Source: an uncultured Thermoplasmata archaeon (GTDB lineage Archaea; Thermoplasmatota; Thermoplasmata; Lutacidiplasmatales; UBA184). Taken from it: a stretch of DNA of 64,000 bases. The stretch lies in assembly GCA_963749205.1 (NCBI GenBank), contig CAVVLW010000010.1, positions 4,531 through 68,530 on the forward strand. Reading direction: 5' to 3'. The notes under the pieces were generated by a model, which saw nothing but the letters and a program-made list of their open reading frames with translations, made no database searches and was not told where the DNA came from. Of the stretch, positions 60,196-64,000 are shown piece after piece (the stretch's first letter is position 1; each line of letters begins with the position of its first letter). A program made the position numbers and the translations under genes.

Positions 60196-61023
60196 CGAGA
60201 GCGTTCCGCGTGGGTGAGGACGGCATCCAGGAAACGGTGCCCGTCGCCGAAACCGTTGGGCCCTCCGTGACGCGACCAGTCCGGGGACTGGGCCCGGAAA
60301 AACGACCGTTCGGGGTGCGGCATGAGGCCGAACACGTTCCCTTCGGGGTTCGTGCAGGCCCGCGACGTTCCCCTGCGAGCCGTTCGGATTCCATGGATAC
60401 ACGGCGGGTCCACCGTCCGGAGCGACCCATCGGAACAGGACCTGGCCGGCGTTCTCGAGCTCGCGAAGGTGGGTCTCGGGGTCGCCCGAGAGGACGAGCT
60501 TCCCCTCCGCGTGGGCGGACGGGAAGAGGAACCGGGTACCCTTCGGCATACCTTGGAGCGCTGGAAACGCCCCTCCCTGCCAGGCGACGAAGGTCGGTCG
60601 GCATTCGAAATGTCCGGAGTCGTTCGTGAGGAGCGCGGCCTCCGGTATCCCCGAACGTCCGCCCGGGCGGCCGGGGAGGAGCCCCAGCTCTACGACGACC
60701 TGGAACCCGTTGCAGACCCCGCCCACGAGGTGGCCGGAGCGGACGAACTCCTCGAGCTCGATCCCGATCGACGCTCGGACGCGCGCCGCGAAGATCGCCC
60801 CCGCGCGGACGTAGTCTCCTGCGGAGAACCCTCCGGGGATGAAGAGGGCGTCGTAATCCGCGAGCCGCCGGCGTTCGTCGGCCCCGACGTCCCGCCCTTC
60901 GAACTGCTTCAGCGAGACGATCTCGGGGCGTGCTCCGAGGGTGGCGAGCGCGACGCGGAGCTCCTCGTCGCAGTTCGTGCCTTCGATGGAGAGGAGCGCG
61001 ATCCGCAGGTCCCGCCGGGCCAC
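60192..61023 (-). CDS. purQ: phosphoribosylformylglycinamidine synthase subunit PurQ; one frame change near 60370
   Basis: Track ORF 60067..61023 has IPGGFSAGDY and GGVCNGFQ. The C-terminus (NVFGLMPHPERS) is in ORF 60192..60413. Confidence 0.85.
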
Positions 61024-61077
61024 GATCCCGCGAGCGGTCGGGTCGGGCTTAACCGTTCCCCGCCCTCGATCTCTCCC

Positions 61078-62323
61078 TCAGTGCCCCGGGCCGAGCGGAG
61101 GGTCCGAGCCGGTAGACCCGGATCGTCTGAACCAGCACGGACCTTGCGCCGTCCCGGGAGGCAGCATCGCGTACGCCGTTGCGCCGGAGAGGCTAGTGAT
61201 GACGGACGACCCACGATAGGTGGAGAAGGCTTTGCCGCCCCGGAACTCGAGCGGCACGACGGTCGACAGCCCGGGCGTCGGGGCGACCGCATCGCTCCCC
61301 AGGACCGCCGTGCCCTCGGACCACCCCGGACCCGCGCGATGACCGAGCTTTCGAAGGACGGGAAGCACCAGCCAGTACATGTTGACGAGACAGGAGGTGG
61401 GGTGGCCGGGCATCCCGACCACGAGCTTGCCGTCGACCGAGGCCGCCAGGGTCGGCTTCCCCGCGCGCACGGCGATCCCATGGAACAGCAGCGTGCCGAG
61501 CCTTGGGAGGATGCGGGGGAGGTGGTCCCGCTCCCCGACCGAACTCCCCCCGGTCGCGAGGACCAGGTCCGAGGTCCGCAACTCCCGACGGATCGTCGAT
61601 TCGATCCGCTTCGGGTCGTCCGGCAGGGGCGCGAGGGGCCGGGGAATCGCCCCCGCGGCGGTGATCACGGCCGAAAGGGCGGCGTTGTTGCTCTCGTAGA
61701 TCCGCCCGGGCGCTTCGCGCGCCCCCGGCGACAGCAGTTCGTTTCCGTTCGGTACGATCGTGACCACGGGCCGCGCGAAGACCCGTGCGAACCGGATCCC
61801 GCACGCCGCGAGGGTGCCGAGAGCGGTCGCGGTCAGCTCCTCTCCCCGCCGCACCAACACCTTCCCGCGAGGGAAGTCATGGCCAGGGCGGGAGTATCGG
61901 TCCCCCACCGGTACCGGATGGGACACCCGGATCCGCTTTCCCCGCCGGTCCACTTCCTCGAAGATGATGATCGCGTTCGCCCCCGACGGGAGCGCTCCCC
62001 CCGTAGCGATCGCCACCGTCTCTCCGGGTCCGACCTGGCCGGGAAATGCCTGCTCGGCGAACACCTCCCCGACGACGCGCAGCTCGACCGGATGGCGGCG
62101 ACTCGCCTCGCGCGTGTCGACCGACCGAAGCGCGTAGCCGTCCCACGTCGCTCGAGGGAAACTGGGGACCGGGCGAGGAGCCCGGTACATCATCGCGGAG
62201 ACCCGCCCGAACGCACCCTCCACCCGGACGCGCTCCGTACCGAGGGACCGGGTGGGCGGCGGCGAGCAATCGGCGACGAGCGACCTCGACATCCATCAAC
62301 CGACCGAACGCATGCATCTCCAT
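61078..62323 (-). CDS. moeA: molybdopterin molybdenumtransferase MoeA; a frame change near 62240 and possibly another near the 3' end
   Basis: ATG at 62323 opens MEMHAFGRLMDVEVARRRLL in ORF 61877..62323. The body is in ORF 61078..62292 (WDGYALRS, IATGGALP, LATGGSSVGERD, GMPGHP). Confidence 0.85.
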
Positions 62324-62338
62324 GGTGACCGTCCCGCT

Positions 62339-63232
62339 CTACCGAGCTCCCTCCATCCAGCGTGCGGACGACCGTGCTCCGGCACGGAGGCATCCCCCGA
62401 GTTCCTCACCTTCAAACCACGCGGCGTAGAAGCCGCCGCGGAACGAATCCCCCGCTCCGACCCGCGAGCGGACGAACTTGGGTCGGACCGACGCGACGTG
62501 GACCGTACCCGTGCGGGCGAATCCGGTCACTCCCGACGCCCCCTCGGTTCGGACGATCAACGGGACCGAAGCGAGCAGGCCTTCCGTTCCCCGAACGCCG
62601 ACCATGCGCGCCACCCGGTCGATCTCCGAGCGGTTTCCGAACAGGATCTCCGCCCCGGCGAGCAGCCTCTTCAGGCGGCCTCGGTCCCAACGGTAATGGA
62701 CTTCCTGCGCCGGGTCGACCGCGGCGTGCACCCCCCGGGCGCGCCCATCGGCGAGCAGACGCAGTTGGAAATCGGGGTCGCCGGTAGTGAGGTGCATCCA
62801 GGAATACTCGGTGAGCCACGGTCTCGACCTCGTACGCGACGGTGGGTTCCCCATCGGCCCCTGGTCCATGAGTGTCCGGTGGCGACCCTGCCGGTCCTCG
62901 AGGATATAGGCGGTGGGCGTGGATGCCCCACGCACCCGCTCGACCCCCCGGAGGTCGATATGGGCGTGCCGAAGCCGCTCCCAGAAGGCGGCGGGGAACT
63001 CGTCGCCGATCCGGGCCACGAGTCCCGTCGAAACCCCGTACCGAGTGGCGGAAAGCGCGATGTTCGCTGCCGGCCCACCGAGTTCGACGCGCTCGGACTC
63101 GACGGGCACCGTGCGGTCGCTCGGGGGAAACTGGGGGAGCCGAAGAAAGCGGTCCACGTTGACGTGGCCCGACACGAGCAGGTCCCTCGGACGGTCGGCG
63201 AGTTCCTCCGTCATCGGCACCGAGCCGGGCAT
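62339..63232 (-). CDS. PfkB-family sugar/nucleoside kinase
   Basis: Track ORF 62339..63232 is intact. It has GGPAANIA and the GAGDSFRGGF anion-hole motif. Confidence 0.85.
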   Translation of the reverse strand: MPGSVPMTEELADRPRDLLVSGHVNVDRFLRLPQFPPSDRTVPVESERVELGGPAANIALSATRYGVSTGLVARIGDEFPAAFWERLRHAHIDLRGVERVRGASTPTAYILEDRQGRHRTLMDQGPMGNPPSRTRSRPWLTEYSWMHLTTGDPDFQLRLLADGRARGVHAAVDPAQEVHYRWDRGRLKRLLAGAEILFGNRSEIDRVARMVGVRGTEGLLASVPLIVRTEGASGVTGFARTGTVHVASVRPKFVRSRVGAGDSFRGGFYAAWFEGEELGGCLRAGARSSARWMEGAR

Positions 63233-63310
63233 GAGGAGCTCTCCCGCATAGCGCTTCGGGGGGCACGCGGGTCGGGCTTAAGCGGTCCGGCCCCTCCGTC
63301 CGCGTCCGCC

Positions 63311-64000
63311 ATGCTCGTCGAGGGGGCGATCCTGGACATCGAGGGTTCACGGCCGGGGTACGTGCGGATCCGCGACGGTCGCGTTGTCGAGGTCGGCAAA
63401 CTCGGCACGGACTCTACCCGGGGGCGAGAGCGGCGGCTTCGTGGGATCGTGATCCCGTCCCCCGTCAATAGCCACACGCACCTCGGGGACGCGATCTCCG
63501 TGCGCGAACCGCCGCCCGGGCCGGTTGCCACCCTGGTCCGCCCCCCGAACGGGTACAAATTCCGCCTCTTGTCGACCGCGTCCCGGACGGCGAAGTTCCG
63601 CGCGCTCCGCGGGGCGTTCGCCCGGATGGCGCGGGACGGGGTTGCGGCGGTGATCGATTTCCGCGAGGAGGGCGTCGACGGGGTTCGCCTCTTTCGCGCG
63701 GCCGCGCAGGGCACCTCCTTGCGCACGGTCGTGATGGGTCGTCCGCTCGCGCGGCCCGTCGACCGCCGAGAGCTCGCCTCGCTGCTCGCCGTCGCCGACG
63801 GGGTCGGCCTTTCGAGCGCGCTCGAAGAGACGTTCGAGACCCGCACGGTCGTCGCTCGCGCGTGCCGGACGAGGGGAAAGCGCTACGGCCTCCATGCGAG
63901 CGAAGCCCGACGCGAGCCTCCGGACTCGTACCTTCACCCGCACCCCGACCTCGTGATCCACCTCGCCAAGGCGACGCCGGACGACCTCGAGGCGGTGCGC
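63311..64000 (+). CDS. amidohydrolase-family protein (chlorohydrolase/deaminase-like); 3' end beyond the window
   Basis: My own translation from ATG 63311 is open to the window end (230 codons) and has the metal-binding NSHTHLGD motif. It is absent from the track because there is no stop. Confidence 0.7.
   Translation, partial: MLVEGAILDIEGSRPGYVRIRDGRVVEVGKLGTDSTRGRERRLRGIVIPSPVNSHTHLGDAISVREPPPGPVATLVRPPNGYKFRLLSTASRTAKFRALRGAFARMARDGVAAVIDFREEGVDGVRLFRAAAQGTSLRTVVMGRPLARPVDRRELASLLAVADGVGLSSALEETFETRTVVARACRTRGKRYGLHASEARREPPDSYLHPHPDLVIHLAKATPDDLEAVR

Noticed and set aside
1-64000. Programmed ribosomal frameshifting or recoding as the explanation for the split genes.
   Set aside because: There are too many sites (dozens). 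They occur in unrelated housekeeping genes. I saw no shared slippery heptamer or downstream structure, and several shifts sit in plain G/C homopolymers. Sequence error or decay is far more parsimonious.
1-64000. CRISPR arrays, tandem repeats or defence-system gene clusters.
   Set aside because: Reading through the intergenic regions, I saw no regularly spaced direct repeats and no cas, restriction-modification, toxin-antitoxin or other defence signatures. The only repeats found are the IS termini and the target duplication.

Overview
Very GC-rich archaeal chromosomal segment. The archaeal assignment rests on Orc1/Cdc6, archaeal-type SAM synthetase, diphthine synthase, Elp3, Hef, NreA, aSUI1, Trm1, IPK plus type-2 IPP isomerase, and an intron-containing tRNA-Trp. 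My inference is a Thermoplasmatota-like euryarchaeote. The content is mostly housekeeping: thiolase/DUF35 and IPK/IDI2 mevalonate genes, ubiX, guaAA, a kdpFABC-usp potassium pump operon, hef, serS, an aldehyde dehydrogenase, orc1/cdc6, elp3, SAM synthetase, nreA and a large S-layer-like glycoprotein. It also holds an LLM oxidoreductase, an M28 peptidase, a GcvH-like::TusA-like fusion next to a rhodanese, aSUI1, an ABC-2 exporter, IscA, a Wzx-like flippase, an MFS transporter and a FecBCD/Btu-type ABC importer. The last stretch carries uvrB, a larE-like gene, lhr, trm1, a THEP1 NTPase, a HemK-like methylase, purQ, moeA, a PfkB kinase and an amidohydrolase. I found three tRNAs: Pro-CGG, Ala-UGC, and Trp-CCA with a 90-nt intron. 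There are two IS elements: one intact with perfect inverted repeats and a 9-bp target duplication just upstream of the SAM synthetase gene, and one degraded IS4-like copy next to tRNA-Trp. The strongest global signal is that more than half of the recognisable genes need one or more 1-nt frame changes to be read through, so coordinates of affected genes are reconstructions. I saw no CRISPR array, defence island or prophage. The most unusual items are the tRNA-Trp intron with antisense elements, the non-lipoylatable GcvH-like::TusA fusion, a catalytically dead HMGCS-like::DUF35 fusion after the thiolase, and the fresh IS insertion in the metK promoter. The many long Arg/Pro/Gly-rich ORFs in the track are off-frame or antisense shadows typical of high-GC DNA.
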